Part shown: in pieces, positions 9,305-19,171 of the stretch
Layout of the letters: each line of letters opens with the position of its first letter
How positions within the stretch are numbered: the stretch's first letter is position 1
Source of the DNA: Candidatus Zhuqueibacterota bacterium
GTDB lineage: Bacteria > Zhuqueibacterota > Zhuqueibacteria > Residuimicrobiales > Krinioviventaceae
Length of the DNA: 64,000 nt
Direction: 5' to 3'
Assembly (NCBI GenBank): GCA_016929295.1
Contig: JAFGJB010000061.1
Location: forward strand, 5,318 to 69,317
Notes under the pieces: model-generated
What the model was told of the DNA's origin: nothing
The model's database searches: none
Seen by the model: the letters and a program-made list of their open reading frames with translations, nothing else
Program-made: the position numbers and the translations under genes

Positions 9305-12076
9305 ATGGCACCTTTTGCTGCAGGACAGCGCTGGGTCAGCGAGATGGAACCGGAGTTGGGCGTCGGTCTGATCACGGAAGTGTCAACGCGCAGGATTCGA
9401 CTGTCATTCCCCGCTGCAGAGGTTGAGCGCCAATACGCGATCGGGACCGCACCTCTGCGACGGCTCGAGTTCAAAAGCGGCGATACGATCAAACGCCGCG
9501 ACGGGGTGAAATTTCGCGTGGATGCGGTGGAAGAAAATGGCGGTGTACTCACCTATCGCTGCGCCGAGCAACGCATAAATGAAGAAGAACTGGACGATCT
9601 CTTCAGTCTCGCCTCTCCTCAAGATCGCTTGTGCAGCGGCTTTTATGACACCAATGCTATGTTCATGCTGCGCGTCGACGCTCTGCACTGGCGCGCGAAA
9701 CACTACCAATCGCCGGCTTTTGGTTTCATCGGCGGCCGCATCGATCTCATTCCGCATCAACTCTATGTGGCGGAGCAAGTGAGCGGCCGGCAAATTCCGC
9801 GCGTTTTGCTCTCCGATCAGATTGGTTTGGGTAAAACCATCGAGGCCATCCTCATCATTCATCGCCTCCTGCTCAGCCGCAGGATCGAACGCGTCTTGAT
9901 CATTGTTCCGGAAACTTTGGTGCACCAATGGTTTGTCGAATGTCTCCGCCGTTTCAATCTCGTCTTTCGCATCATCGATGCCGATTATATGGCATCCCGT
10001 AGTGATCAGAACAGCACTCCCTTTGATGAAGACCAGCTCGCGCTGATCAGCCTGGATTATTTGATCCATGCGCCATCTTTAATGCAGCACGCGCTGCAGG
10101 CTGCCTGGGATATGATCATCGTTGATGAAGCGCATCATATTCTTGAAGAGAGCGTCGAGTATCGCTTTCTCGAACAGCTGGCAGGACGGACGACTGGCCT
10201 GCTGCTGCTCACCGCCACACCGCAGCAGCTGGGACATCGCAGCCATTTTGCACGCTTGCAACTGCTCGATCCCGCGCGTTATTATGATTACAGCGAGTTT
10301 AAGCGAGAGGCTGAGAACTATCGCAAGACTGCGAATCTGGTGATGCGGCTTTTGGACAACAAGGCGCTGCGCGCCTCCGATCTCGTCCTGTTGCAAGAGC
10401 TCGAGCCCTCAGCCGCAGCGGGCCGTTTGTCTGCTGCGGATCGCCCGCACATCATCCGCCATCTCCTGGATCGACATGGCCTTGGCCGCGTCATTTTTCG
10501 CAATACGCGCACGGCTATCCCCAACTTTCCGCCGCGAAAAGTGCATCTCATCGCGCTGGAAAGTGCGGGCAATCAGCACCGGCTCATCGAGGAATTCAAG
10601 GCAGATAGCAATGCCGACGTGAGGATGCAATATGATTTCAGGGACGATCCGCGCATCCTCTGGCTTGCCGGCTTTATCAAAAAGCACAAGAGCAAAATCC
10701 TTCTCATCTGCCATTCCGTGCAAAAAGCGACGGCAATTGAAGCGGCGTTGAAAAAGCATATCAATGCAAAATCAGCGCTTTTTCACGAGAATATGACCTT
10801 GCTGCAGCGCGATCGCAGTGCCGCCTGGTTTTCCGAGAAGGATGGCGCGCAGCTGCTCATCTGCTCCGAAATCGGCAGTGAAGGCCGCAACTTTCAGTTT
10901 GCGCATCACCTCGTTCTATTTGATCTGCCTCTCGATCCCGAACTGCTTGAGCAGCGCATCGGCAGGCTGGATCGAATCGGTCAAAGAGAGACAATCCATA
11001 TCCATGTTCCCTATCAAAACGGCTCGCCGCAGGAAAAACTGGTACGCTGGTGCCACGAAGGTTTCCATGCCTTTGAGCAGAACGCCGGCGATGCTTTCCA
11101 GCTTTATGAAAAATTTGGCGCTGCAGTTCGAAAAATTGCGCTCGAAAAAGAGAGCGCGAGATTGGATCAGCTCATCGCGGACACCCGGATCTACCACGCA
11201 TCCCTCACCGCTCAGCTGGAAAAAGGCCGCGACAGACTGCTGGAGCTCAATTCTTTTGATGAGAAAAAGGCGGCGGCTCTCAAAAAAGAGATCCAGAGTC
11301 TTGGCGCCGACTCGAGTTTTCAGGATTTGATGTTTCGTCTGTTCGACTATTTTGGCGTCGCTGTTGAAGAGCTCGCAGAATCGATTCATCTCATGAGCAT
11401 TGATCACCACACCCATTCTGACTTTCCATTTCCGGCCTTCCGCAGAGAGAGGGTCGCCATCTCGTTTGATCGTCAAACAGCGCTGTCGCGCGACGAGATC
11501 GAATTTTTGACGCCGGATCACCCGAGCGCCCTCGGCGCCATTGATCTTTTACTGGCCTCGGAAAAAGGCAATGCGGTTTTTGCTGCCTGGGAAAAAGAGC
11601 ATCCGGAGCTGCTGCTCGAGTCTGTCTATATTTTGGAATGCCTTGCGCCGATGCGGCTGCATATTGAGCGCTTTTTTCCGCCGACGCTCATACGCGTGCT
11701 TGTCAATCATCGAGGTGAAAACATGACCGCGACGCTGAGCATGGCCATGCTCAATAAGAATATCAGCAACGCGTCGAATCCGGATCTTTTGCATAATGTT
11801 AAGATAAAGGGGACAATTCTACCCCGAATGATGGAAGCGTGTTTGCATTTTGCGCAAAAAATGGCTGCCTCAGAGAAGCGGCAAAAAGGTGCAACAGCGA
11901 GCGCCATCCTGCACGAAGAAATGCAGCGCTTGCAGTCTCTGATCAAAATCAATCCGAATGTGACGCAGCGGGAGATTGATCTGCTGCACGACGAGACGAG
12001 CGCTGTGCTAAAGGCAATCCGCAGAGCAAGACTTCGTCTGGACGCCATCCGATTCATTGTCGGGGGATGGAAATAG
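9305..12076 (+). CDS. rapA: RNA polymerase-associated SNF2 ATPase RapA/HepA
   Basis: GQRWVSEMEPELGVG N-terminus, LIPHQL, IGLGKT, VDEAHH, SEIGSEGRNFQFAHHL, EQRIGRLDRIGQ. Confidence 0.92.
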   Translation: MAPFAAGQRWVSEMEPELGVGLITEVSTRRIRLSFPAAEVERQYAIGTAPLRRLEFKSGDTIKRRDGVKFRVDAVEENGGVLTYRCAEQRINEEELDDLFSLASPQDRLCSGFYDTNAMFMLRVDALHWRAKHYQSPAFGFIGGRIDLIPHQLYVAEQVSGRQIPRVLLSDQIGLGKTIEAILIIHRLLLSRRIERVLIIVPETLVHQWFVECLRRFNLVFRIIDADYMASRSDQNSTPFDEDQLALISLDYLIHAPSLMQHALQAAWDMIIVDEAHHILEESVEYRFLEQLAGRTTGLLLLTATPQQLGHRSHFARLQLLDPARYYDYSEFKREAENYRKTANLVMRLLDNKALRASDLVLLQELEPSAAAGRLSAADRPHIIRHLLDRHGLGRVIFRNTRTAIPNFPPRKVHLIALESAGNQHRLIEEFKADSNADVRMQYDFRDDPRILWLAGFIKKHKSKILLICHSVQKATAIEAALKKHINAKSALFHENMTLLQRDRSAAWFSEKDGAQLLICSEIGSEGRNFQFAHHLVLFDLPLDPELLEQRIGRLDRIGQRETIHIHVPYQNGSPQEKLVRWCHEGFHAFEQNAGDAFQLYEKFGAAVRKIALEKESARLDQLIADTRIYHASLTAQLEKGRDRLLELNSFDEKKAAALKKEIQSLGADSSFQDLMFRLFDYFGVAVEELAESIHLMSIDHHTHSDFPFPAFRRERVAISFDRQTALSRDEIEFLTPDHPSALGAIDLLLASEKGNAVFAAWEKEHPELLLESVYILECLAPMRLHIERFFPPTLIRVLVNHRGENMTATLSMAMLNKNISNASNPDLLHNVKIKGTILPRMMEACLHFAQKMAASEKRQKGATASAILHEEMQRLQSLIKINPNVTQREIDLLHDETSAVLKAIRRARLRLDAIRFIVGGWK

Positions 12077-12094
12077 CTTTTTTATATTTTTGTC

Positions 12095-12123
12095 TTGAAA
12101 CTTAAACAATCTTCTACTATAAT
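12095..12123 (+). promoter_or_regulatory. sigma70 promoter upstream of the DUF5060/DUF4038 gene
   Basis: TTGAAA-N17-TATAAT. Confidence 0.65.
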
Positions 12124-12159
12124 ACAGATGACAAGATTGATGAGCACAAGTCTGCGAGA

Positions 12160-14634
12160 ATGAGGAGAGATCGCATGCAAAATATGAATAAATTTTTCAT
12201 TTGCACGGCCGTGCTGTTCTCTCTCACCTCCCCGGCACTGCCGGTGACAATGCAAGTGGAGAAATGGGCTGTTTTTGAACTCCTCCTGCGCGGTCCAAAC
12301 GCCGGCAATCCATTCACGGACTTTGAGTTGAGCGCCACATTTATAAACGGTGATAATGTCTACGCTGTCGATGGCTTTTATGACGGCGACGGTCTCTACA
12401 AAATTCGTTTTATGCCGGACAAGGAAGGCACCTGGAAGTATATCACCCAGAGCAATGTGAAAAAGCTCAGTCGTAAAAAGGGAAAATTCACCTGCACGCC
12501 ACCCTCTCTCAACAACCACGGACCAGTCCATGTTCACAATGAGTATCATTTTCGCTATGCAGATGGCGCCCCTTTCTTTCAAATCGGCACCACCTGTTAC
12601 GCCTGGACGCATCAGGGCGATGAGATGGAATTGCAAACGCTTGCAACCCTGGCACAATCGCCCTTCAATAAAGTGCGCATGTGCCTGTTTCCCAAATCCT
12701 ACGACTATAACGACAACGAGCCAGTCTACTATCCATTTGAAGGCAAGCCGTTGACGAATTGGGATTTCAGCCGCTTCAATCCCCAGTTCTGGCGTCATTT
12801 TGAGGGACGCGTGCTTGATTTGCAGCGCCTTGGAATCGAGGCGGATATCATCCTCTTTCATCCTTATGATCGCTGGGGCTTTGCGTCCATGGACAGCGAA
12901 AGCGACGAGCGCTATCTCCGCTATGTCACAGCGCGATTATCAGCCTATCGCAACGTCTGGTGGTCTCTGGCAAATGAATATGATTTGATGTCGGACAAGA
13001 CCCTGGCGGACTGGGATCGCTTTTTCAGGATCCTTGTCCAGGAAGATCCTTACAACCACTTGCGCAGTATTCATAATTGTCACGCTTTTTACGATCACAG
13101 CAAATCGTGGGTCACGCATGTCAGCGTTCAATCATCCGATATGGCAGCCGGCATTCGTCTTCGCGAACAGTATAAAAAGCCGGTCATCTATGACGAATGT
13201 CAATACGAAGGCGATATTCCGCAGGCCTGGGGTGACTTGTCGCCGCAAGAAATGACCGCGCGTTTCTGGCTTGGTGCAACGGGTGGCTGCTATGTCGGTC
13301 ATGGTGAAACGTATCAAGATCCTGCAGACAAGTTGTGGTGGGCCAAAGGAGGCGTGCTGCGTGGCGCCAGTCCGGGACGAATCGCGTTCTTCAGAACCAT
13401 CATGGCGCAGGCGCCGCTCTTTGAAGAGCTCGTGCCGTTCGGCAATGACCAGGGACTTTACCTCCTCGGAAAATCGGGAGAATTTTACCTTGCCTATCTG
13501 GACAAGCCTAAAACAGTGACGTTCGTGCTTGCGGGAGAGCGGGACTATATGATTGAAATGATTGATCCATGGGAGATGACAATCACTCCAATTGGCTCAG
13601 CGACCGACGCCGCGGAGGTCAGTTCGCTGTTTGCCGATCGAGTTTACCGGTTCACAGCCTACAAGGCGGGCGATTCTCGACTCCCCGTCGTCCTCGCAAA
13701 GGCGGACATTGCCTACGGCAGCGTACCGCTCGCCGTCAATTTCCGGGCTGAAGGCACAGCGAGCAGCTATAGCTGGAAAATAGACGGCATGCTCTCCAAC
13801 GAATCCAACACTTCCTTCATTTTCAACACAATTGGTCGACACATCATATCGCTCACCGGCAGGGATGCCAACGGTGCGTCTGCCATGTCTTTTATCATTA
13901 TCAATGCCCTCCCCGCACTCCCGCAACATTTTGACGCTGACCTCAACTGGCCGGGAAGTCGCGATAATTTGCTCTTTTATTGGAAGCAAGGTCAAAAAGC
14001 GGGTGACCTGAGTCAGATCAAAAAGCCGGCGGCATTGGTTCTGGATGGCCGGGTGACATTCAGCTCGGATGGCGCCATCAAGCTCGGCGGCGGCAACGTT
14101 TCATCCACAATGGTCTCCGAGCAGCTGCAGGAGTGCAAGAAAACCAATCAGCTGGCCATAGAAGCCATCATCAAGACGGATAATCTGGAACAGAGCGGCC
14201 CGTCTCGCATCATCACATTTTCCAGTGACACCCAATCCCGCAATTTCACTTTCGGCCAGGACAAGGAAAATCTCGTTTTTCGCTTGCGAACGCCAATGAC
14301 CGGTAAAAATGCGATCGATCCGCAGGTGACCCTCTGCCCTCTTGAGGTGAATACCCGGACGCACATCATCGTCTCCTATTGTGATGGCAACCTGTTTGTC
14401 TACAAAAACGGCGTCTTGCAAAAGCACATTCAAGATATTCAGGGTGATTTTAGCCCGTGGGAGAGCAAAGCACAATTCATCATCGGGGATGAGCTCAGCG
14501 GCGATCGCCCCTGGTACGGTTCGCTCTACAACGTGGCTCTTTACAATCGGTTTATCACCGAAGAGGAGGCGCGCTTCAAATATCAGATTGCCTCGAATAA
14601 AAATGACCGCCAGTGGCAAGGCCGTTTTTTTTAA
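12160..14634 (+). CDS. Secreted DUF5060 + DUF4038 (apiosidase/GH140-like TIM barrel) + DUF5605 protein with PKD-like and LamG C-terminal domains (true start may be 12175 or 12184)
   Basis: Signal peptide; GFYDGDG..RFMP, GTTCYAW, FHPYDRWG, WSLANEYD, SIHN, DECQYEG, GHGETY; C-terminal LamG (RIITFS..NFTFGQ..THIIVSY..GSLYNVALYNR). Confidence 0.8.
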   Translation: MRRDRMQNMNKFFICTAVLFSLTSPALPVTMQVEKWAVFELLLRGPNAGNPFTDFELSATFINGDNVYAVDGFYDGDGLYKIRFMPDKEGTWKYITQSNVKKLSRKKGKFTCTPPSLNNHGPVHVHNEYHFRYADGAPFFQIGTTCYAWTHQGDEMELQTLATLAQSPFNKVRMCLFPKSYDYNDNEPVYYPFEGKPLTNWDFSRFNPQFWRHFEGRVLDLQRLGIEADIILFHPYDRWGFASMDSESDERYLRYVTARLSAYRNVWWSLANEYDLMSDKTLADWDRFFRILVQEDPYNHLRSIHNCHAFYDHSKSWVTHVSVQSSDMAAGIRLREQYKKPVIYDECQYEGDIPQAWGDLSPQEMTARFWLGATGGCYVGHGETYQDPADKLWWAKGGVLRGASPGRIAFFRTIMAQAPLFEELVPFGNDQGLYLLGKSGEFYLAYLDKPKTVTFVLAGERDYMIEMIDPWEMTITPIGSATDAAEVSSLFADRVYRFTAYKAGDSRLPVVLAKADIAYGSVPLAVNFRAEGTASSYSWKIDGMLSNESNTSFIFNTIGRHIISLTGRDANGASAMSFIIINALPALPQHFDADLNWPGSRDNLLFYWKQGQKAGDLSQIKKPAALVLDGRVTFSSDGAIKLGGGNVSSTMVSEQLQECKKTNQLAIEAIIKTDNLEQSGPSRIITFSSDTQSRNFTFGQDKENLVFRLRTPMTGKNAIDPQVTLCPLEVNTRTHIIVSYCDGNLFVYKNGVLQKHIQDIQGDFSPWESKAQFIIGDELSGDRPWYGSLYNVALYNRFITEEEARFKYQIASNKNDRQWQGRFF

Positions 14635-14724
14635 CGGGATGATATGCTCAGAATATGCAATGGATGTGACAGAATCCTTTTTAATCATAACAAGACAGGA
14701 TATTAACCAGCGAGGATTGCCATC

Positions 14725-16227
14725 GTGAGCGCATATATTTTAGCTATTGACCAGGGCACCAGCAGCACCAAAGCGGTCCTTTTTGATCAAGGGGCACAGA
14801 TCATTGCCACTGGTGTGTCCGAGCTCGAATCACATTACCCGCAACCCGGATTTGTGGAGCAAGATGCGGAAGGGATCTATCAAAACGTGCTGAGCGCTGT
14901 GAGAAAATGTCTCGACATTTTTCAGCGAACCGTCCACATTGAACTGGATGAAATAAAGATCTGCGGCATCACCAATCAGCGAGAAACATTTCTGCTGTGG
15001 GACAAATCCGGCATGCCGCTGCATAACGCTGTCAGTTGGCAATGCAAACGATCAGTCGATATCTGCCACAAGATCAAGGGCACCAAACTCGAAAATGAGA
15101 TAATCGCCCGGACCGGCCTTATCGTCGATCCATATTTTTCCGCGACGAAAGTGAAATGGCTCTATGAGCATGATGACAAAGTGCGCACTGCCATTGATAA
15201 AGGCAAGGCATATGGGGGCACGGTCGATACGTGGCTTCTGTACCGGCTCACGAGAGGCGCGAGCTTTTTCACCGACCAGACGAATGCCGCAAGGACTCTC
15301 TTTTTCAACATTCACAAGCTGCAATGGGACAGCGTGCTTTTGCGCAAGTTCGGACTGCAAAATCTCAGGCTGGCCGAGGTGAAACCGTGCGCATTTGATT
15401 ATGGCGAGACGGATTTTGATGGTCTCTTTCCTCACAAGATCAAAATCGCCTCGATGATTGGCGACTCACATGCCGCGGCTTTTGGTGAGACCTGCTTTGC
15501 TGCCGGGGATGCCAAAGTGACCCTGGGAACAGGATCATCGATTCTGATGAACACGGGTGACAAATGCGTGCAATCCGCCAATGGCCTGGTCAGTACGATT
15601 TGCTGGAGCCTGGCGGGACGCACGGACTATGCGCTCGAGGGCATCATCGTCACCGCCGGCGGCACGATCCAATGGTTGCGCGACAAACTCGGCCTGTTCA
15701 GCCATGCCATGGAGACCGAAAAAATGGCAACGTCGGTGACGAGCAACGGCGGGGTTTATCTTGTCCCGTCGTTTAGCGGGCTTGGTGCACCGCATTGGAA
15801 GATGAGCAGCAGAGCGGTCATCACCGGCCTTTCATTTGCATCGGATAAAAACCATCTGGTTCGAGCGGCGCTTGAAGCGATCCCCTATCAAATCAAAGAT
15901 GTCATATCTGCCATGGAATCCGATGCCAGGATCAAATTGAAAGAATTGCATGCGGATGGCGGCATCACCGGCAATAATTTTGTCATGCAATTCATCGCGG
16001 ATCTCCTGAAAGTGAGTGTCCGAAATATTGGCATTGCCGATGTTTCAGCCCTGGGCGCCGCCTATATCGCCGGCCTGGAAGGAGGCGTTTTCCGGGATTT
16101 GGACGCATTGAAAGAAATCGGTCACACCCAGCGGCGTTATGTGCCGGGTGACCGGCAAAATATTACCCAGGAATATTATAAAGGGTGGCGAGAGGCGGTG
16201 GGCCTGGTCAGCTCATTGCATCAGTGA
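14725..16227 (+). CDS. FGGY-family carbohydrate kinase (glycerol kinase-like; possibly apulose kinase-like)
   Basis: AIDQGTSSTK, ITNQRET, DPYFSATK, TLGTGS, PSFSGLGAPHW, ADGG; has GDSH where GlpK has GDQQ. Confidence 0.85.
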   Translation: MSAYILAIDQGTSSTKAVLFDQGAQIIATGVSELESHYPQPGFVEQDAEGIYQNVLSAVRKCLDIFQRTVHIELDEIKICGITNQRETFLLWDKSGMPLHNAVSWQCKRSVDICHKIKGTKLENEIIARTGLIVDPYFSATKVKWLYEHDDKVRTAIDKGKAYGGTVDTWLLYRLTRGASFFTDQTNAARTLFFNIHKLQWDSVLLRKFGLQNLRLAEVKPCAFDYGETDFDGLFPHKIKIASMIGDSHAAAFGETCFAAGDAKVTLGTGSSILMNTGDKCVQSANGLVSTICWSLAGRTDYALEGIIVTAGGTIQWLRDKLGLFSHAMETEKMATSVTSNGGVYLVPSFSGLGAPHWKMSSRAVITGLSFASDKNHLVRAALEAIPYQIKDVISAMESDARIKLKELHADGGITGNNFVMQFIADLLKVSVRNIGIADVSALGAAYIAGLEGGVFRDLDALKEIGHTQRRYVPGDRQNITQEYYKGWREAVGLVSSLHQ

Positions 16228-16271
16228 AAATTAAGAAGCAAGTGCAGACAAATGTCAAAAGGAAGCGAGAG

Positions 16272-16490
16272 ATGAATATCAGCAGATTTGCCCTGATCAT
16301 TGCGCTGTTTTTTTTCATCGCGCTCAGCACGACAGCAAAGGAACGAATAATCGTCCTCACCGACATTTCGAATGAGCCGGATGATGAAGAATCGATGGTG
16401 CGGTTTCTCGTCTATTCGAATGAATATGACGTTGAAGGATTGATTGCCACCCAGCACTCACCAGTTATCGCCGCGCTATTGTCACAATAA
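16272..16490 (+). pseudogene. Truncated DUF1593 (nucleoside hydrolase-like) protein
   Basis: Signal peptide plus RIIVLTDISNEPDDEESMVRFLVYSNEYDVEGLIAT, then similarity ends and a stop follows at codon 73; the convergent recQ ends 40 bp later. Confidence 0.75.
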
Positions 16491-16529
16491 CGCCCTAGCC
16501 ATAGAACGGCCAAAATAATTACCCCACCC

Positions 16530-18701
16530 TCACATCGTCTCTGCCCTGCTGTTCTTTGCCGCCAGGCAATAAAGTCGCATGACGTGCAGCGCATCATAGG
16601 ACACGCCGCCGTTCAACGCCTCGAATACCGGTGCTAAATAGTCGACTCCCAATCGCTCAAAGGCGGCCAGCACGGTCTGCTGTTGTTCCGCTGATATATC
16701 AATTCCTTCAAGTAATTGTTTAAATGGAATTGGATTGCCAGCTTTGACATAATCATATAGATGGCGTGTGATTGTCTGCATTTTTACATTATACTCTCGG
16801 GCCAATTCGGCAATGGATCGGCCGGCGCAAAATGCCTCGCCAACCTGTTGAAAGCGTTTTTTTCCGCTCGCCTGGTGAGTTGGCAACGACAGCTGTGGTT
16901 TTTTGGGGCGTTCGGCAATGTTGTGTTCCTCGCAAAAGTTGCGAATAATTTTCAGAAATAGATGACCATAGCGATTCAACTTGCTGATGCCGACGCCGCT
17001 GATATCGAGAAACTGATCTCGACTCTGCGGAAAAAAAGTTGCCATTTCGATCAATGAGCGATCGGAAAAGATGACGTACGGGGGAACGTTTTGCCGATCA
17101 GCGATCTGCTTGCGCCTGGCGCGCAGGATGTCGAACAATCGCGTGTCATACTCAATTCCCGTCGTTCTCGTTTCAACATACTCTTCCAGGCGGCCATAGA
17201 CTTTTTTGCCGCGAAAGAGCACATCAGCGCCTTTTTCGGTGATTTTCAAACTACCATAGTCCACCTCTTTGAAGAGCAAATCCTGGGAAATGAATTGATG
17301 TGCCAGCTGCAGCCACTGCTGTTTTGAAAATTCTTTGCCGATGCCATAGGTGGAGATGTGCTGATGGCCAAAATCCATCACCTTTTTGCTCTCCGATCCG
17401 CGCAGGACATCGATGATATGCATGGCGCCGAACAACTCTTTCGTTCTTTTGACGCAGGAGAGGAACTTTTGTGCTGCCACGCTGATATCCACATGCTGTT
17501 CTTTTTCTGCCAGGCAATTATCGCACATGCCGCAGGTTTGTTGCGTATAATTTTCACCAAAGTAGGTGAGGATGGGCGCGCGACGGCATGCATCCGATTC
17601 GGCGTAGCGGATGAGCGCCTCCAGATGGTCAAGCGCGTTACGACGTTCATGCGCATCTTGTTTCTGGTCGATGAAATAGCGGATTTTCTGCTGGTCCGCA
17701 TAACTGAACAGCAACAGGCAATCGGCGCGCAGACCATCGCGGCCGGCGCGACCAATTTCCTGGTAATAGGACTCGATGTTTTTCGGCAGGTCGTAATGAA
17801 TGACAAATCGGACATTCGGCTTGTTGATGCCCATGCCAAAGGCGATGGTGGCGACGATGATTTGGACGTCATCGCGGATGAACAGTTCCTGGTTTTTCTT
17901 GCGCTCCTCGTCGGCCAGTCCGGCGTGATAGGGCAAAACGGAATAGTTGTAAGCCGCCAGGAACGCGGCCAGCTCATTCACCTGTCGACGTGAAAAGCAG
18001 TAGATGATGCCCGATTGTTCGGCATGCTGTTCGAGAAAGTGCACCACTTGACGCGATGGATCGTTTTTCGGAACGACTTGCAGAAACAGATTTTCACGAT
18101 TGAAACTGCCGATGAATTCATTGGATTGATCAAAATGCAGCGACTGCATGATATCCTGCTGCACTCGCGGCGTCGCCGTAGCCGTGAGGGCGATGCAGAC
18201 GGCAGCGGGAAACTGCGCCCGCACATCGACGAGCCGGCGATACTCGGGACGAAAATCATGCCCCCATTCGGAGATACAGTGCGCTTCATCGATCGTCAAG
18301 CAGTCCACTTGTTGCGACTGGAGCAGATTGAACATTCGCGGCGTGAGCAAGCCCTCGGGCGCAACATACAACAACTTGATTCTATGCGCGCGAACATCCT
18401 GGACAATGCGCTCATATTCTTCCGGCAATAGCGAGCTGTTGAGGAACTCCGCCGCAACACCGACCTCTTTGAGCTGCTCCACCTGATCTTTCATCAGTGA
18501 GATGAGCGGCGAGACGACGATGGTCAGACCATCGAAGAGCAGGGCCGGGATTTGATAGCACAACGACTTTCCGCCGCCGGTGGGCATGATGACCAGGGTG
18601 TCCCGCCTGGCGAGGACGTTTGCGATGATCTCCTTTTGCAGAGGCCTGAACTCGTCATAGCCGAAAACTGACTTGAGAATGGATTGCGGTGATTCCGACA
18701 T
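16530..18701 (-). CDS. recQ: ATP-dependent DNA helicase RecQ with RQC, HRDC and C-terminal HTH domains
   Basis: Start reassigned to MSESPQSILKSVFGY; MPTGGGKSLCYQ, DEAHCISEWGHDFRP, QEIGRAGRDG, CRR..CGMCDNC, VPPYVIFSD. Confidence 0.95.
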   Translation of the reverse strand: MSESPQSILKSVFGYDEFRPLQKEIIANVLARRDTLVIMPTGGGKSLCYQIPALLFDGLTIVVSPLISLMKDQVEQLKEVGVAAEFLNSSLLPEEYERIVQDVRAHRIKLLYVAPEGLLTPRMFNLLQSQQVDCLTIDEAHCISEWGHDFRPEYRRLVDVRAQFPAAVCIALTATATPRVQQDIMQSLHFDQSNEFIGSFNRENLFLQVVPKNDPSRQVVHFLEQHAEQSGIIYCFSRRQVNELAAFLAAYNYSVLPYHAGLADEERKKNQELFIRDDVQIIVATIAFGMGINKPNVRFVIHYDLPKNIESYYQEIGRAGRDGLRADCLLLFSYADQQKIRYFIDQKQDAHERRNALDHLEALIRYAESDACRRAPILTYFGENYTQQTCGMCDNCLAEKEQHVDISVAAQKFLSCVKRTKELFGAMHIIDVLRGSESKKVMDFGHQHISTYGIGKEFSKQQWLQLAHQFISQDLLFKEVDYGSLKITEKGADVLFRGKKVYGRLEEYVETRTTGIEYDTRLFDILRARRKQIADRQNVPPYVIFSDRSLIEMATFFPQSRDQFLDISGVGISKLNRYGHLFLKIIRNFCEEHNIAERPKKPQLSLPTHQASGKKRFQQVGEAFCAGRSIAELAREYNVKMQTITRHLYDYVKAGNPIPFKQLLEGIDISAEQQQTVLAAFERLGVDYLAPVFEALNGGVSYDALHVMRLYCLAAKNSRAETM

Positions 18702-18950
18702 AGCGACCCATCGTTGACAAAATTGCTGTTCGATAGTGAATTTGTAAATATCCGCCACAATCGCAAGCCTTTTTTTCTTAATATAGGAGACCCCTACGAG
18801 TCCAAAATTCTCACGGTCTTGCGTTCTGAAGTGTCGTTGACGAAAAAGTTGCCGTGCGTCGGGCATTAAAATTGACGACCGCTCATTTTTGCTGATAAAT
18901 CCGTAATACAAATCAGCGACATCTTGCTTTTTTAGCAAAGTTTTAAAGCC

Positions 18951-19033
18951 AACCGCAGAGGACGCCGAGATTCGCAGAGATATTGTCCGATTTCGCTTCT
19001 TTCCCTCTGCGATTCTCGGCGCCCTCAGCGGTT
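18951..19033. repeat. REP-like imperfect inverted repeat (about 29-bp arms)
   Basis: AACCGCAGAGGACGCCGAGATTCGCAGAG ... CTCTGCGATTCTCGGCGCCCTCAGCGGTT. Confidence 0.7.
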
Positions 19034-19171
19034 TAGATGTTTTTGGGTGCGGCCAAAGGCCGCGCCAAGAGAAGAATTCATTTCTCATGCATTTTACTCT
19101 TGTTAAAGTTGACAATAGTCATTAAATTTTCCATATCGACCACAATCTTGCCATTACAAAGGGGATGCATC

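Noticed and set aside
9305-12076. SNF2 helicase as a possible defence-system component (DISARM/Zorya-like)
   Set aside because: The N-terminal GQRW..E.ELG.G and C-terminal features identify housekeeping RapA, and there are no defence genes nearby.
18702-19115. 138-aa N-terminal extension of RecQ in the ORF track
   Set aside because: It runs through an intergenic palindrome and overlaps the divergent upstream region; RecQ similarity begins at 18701.
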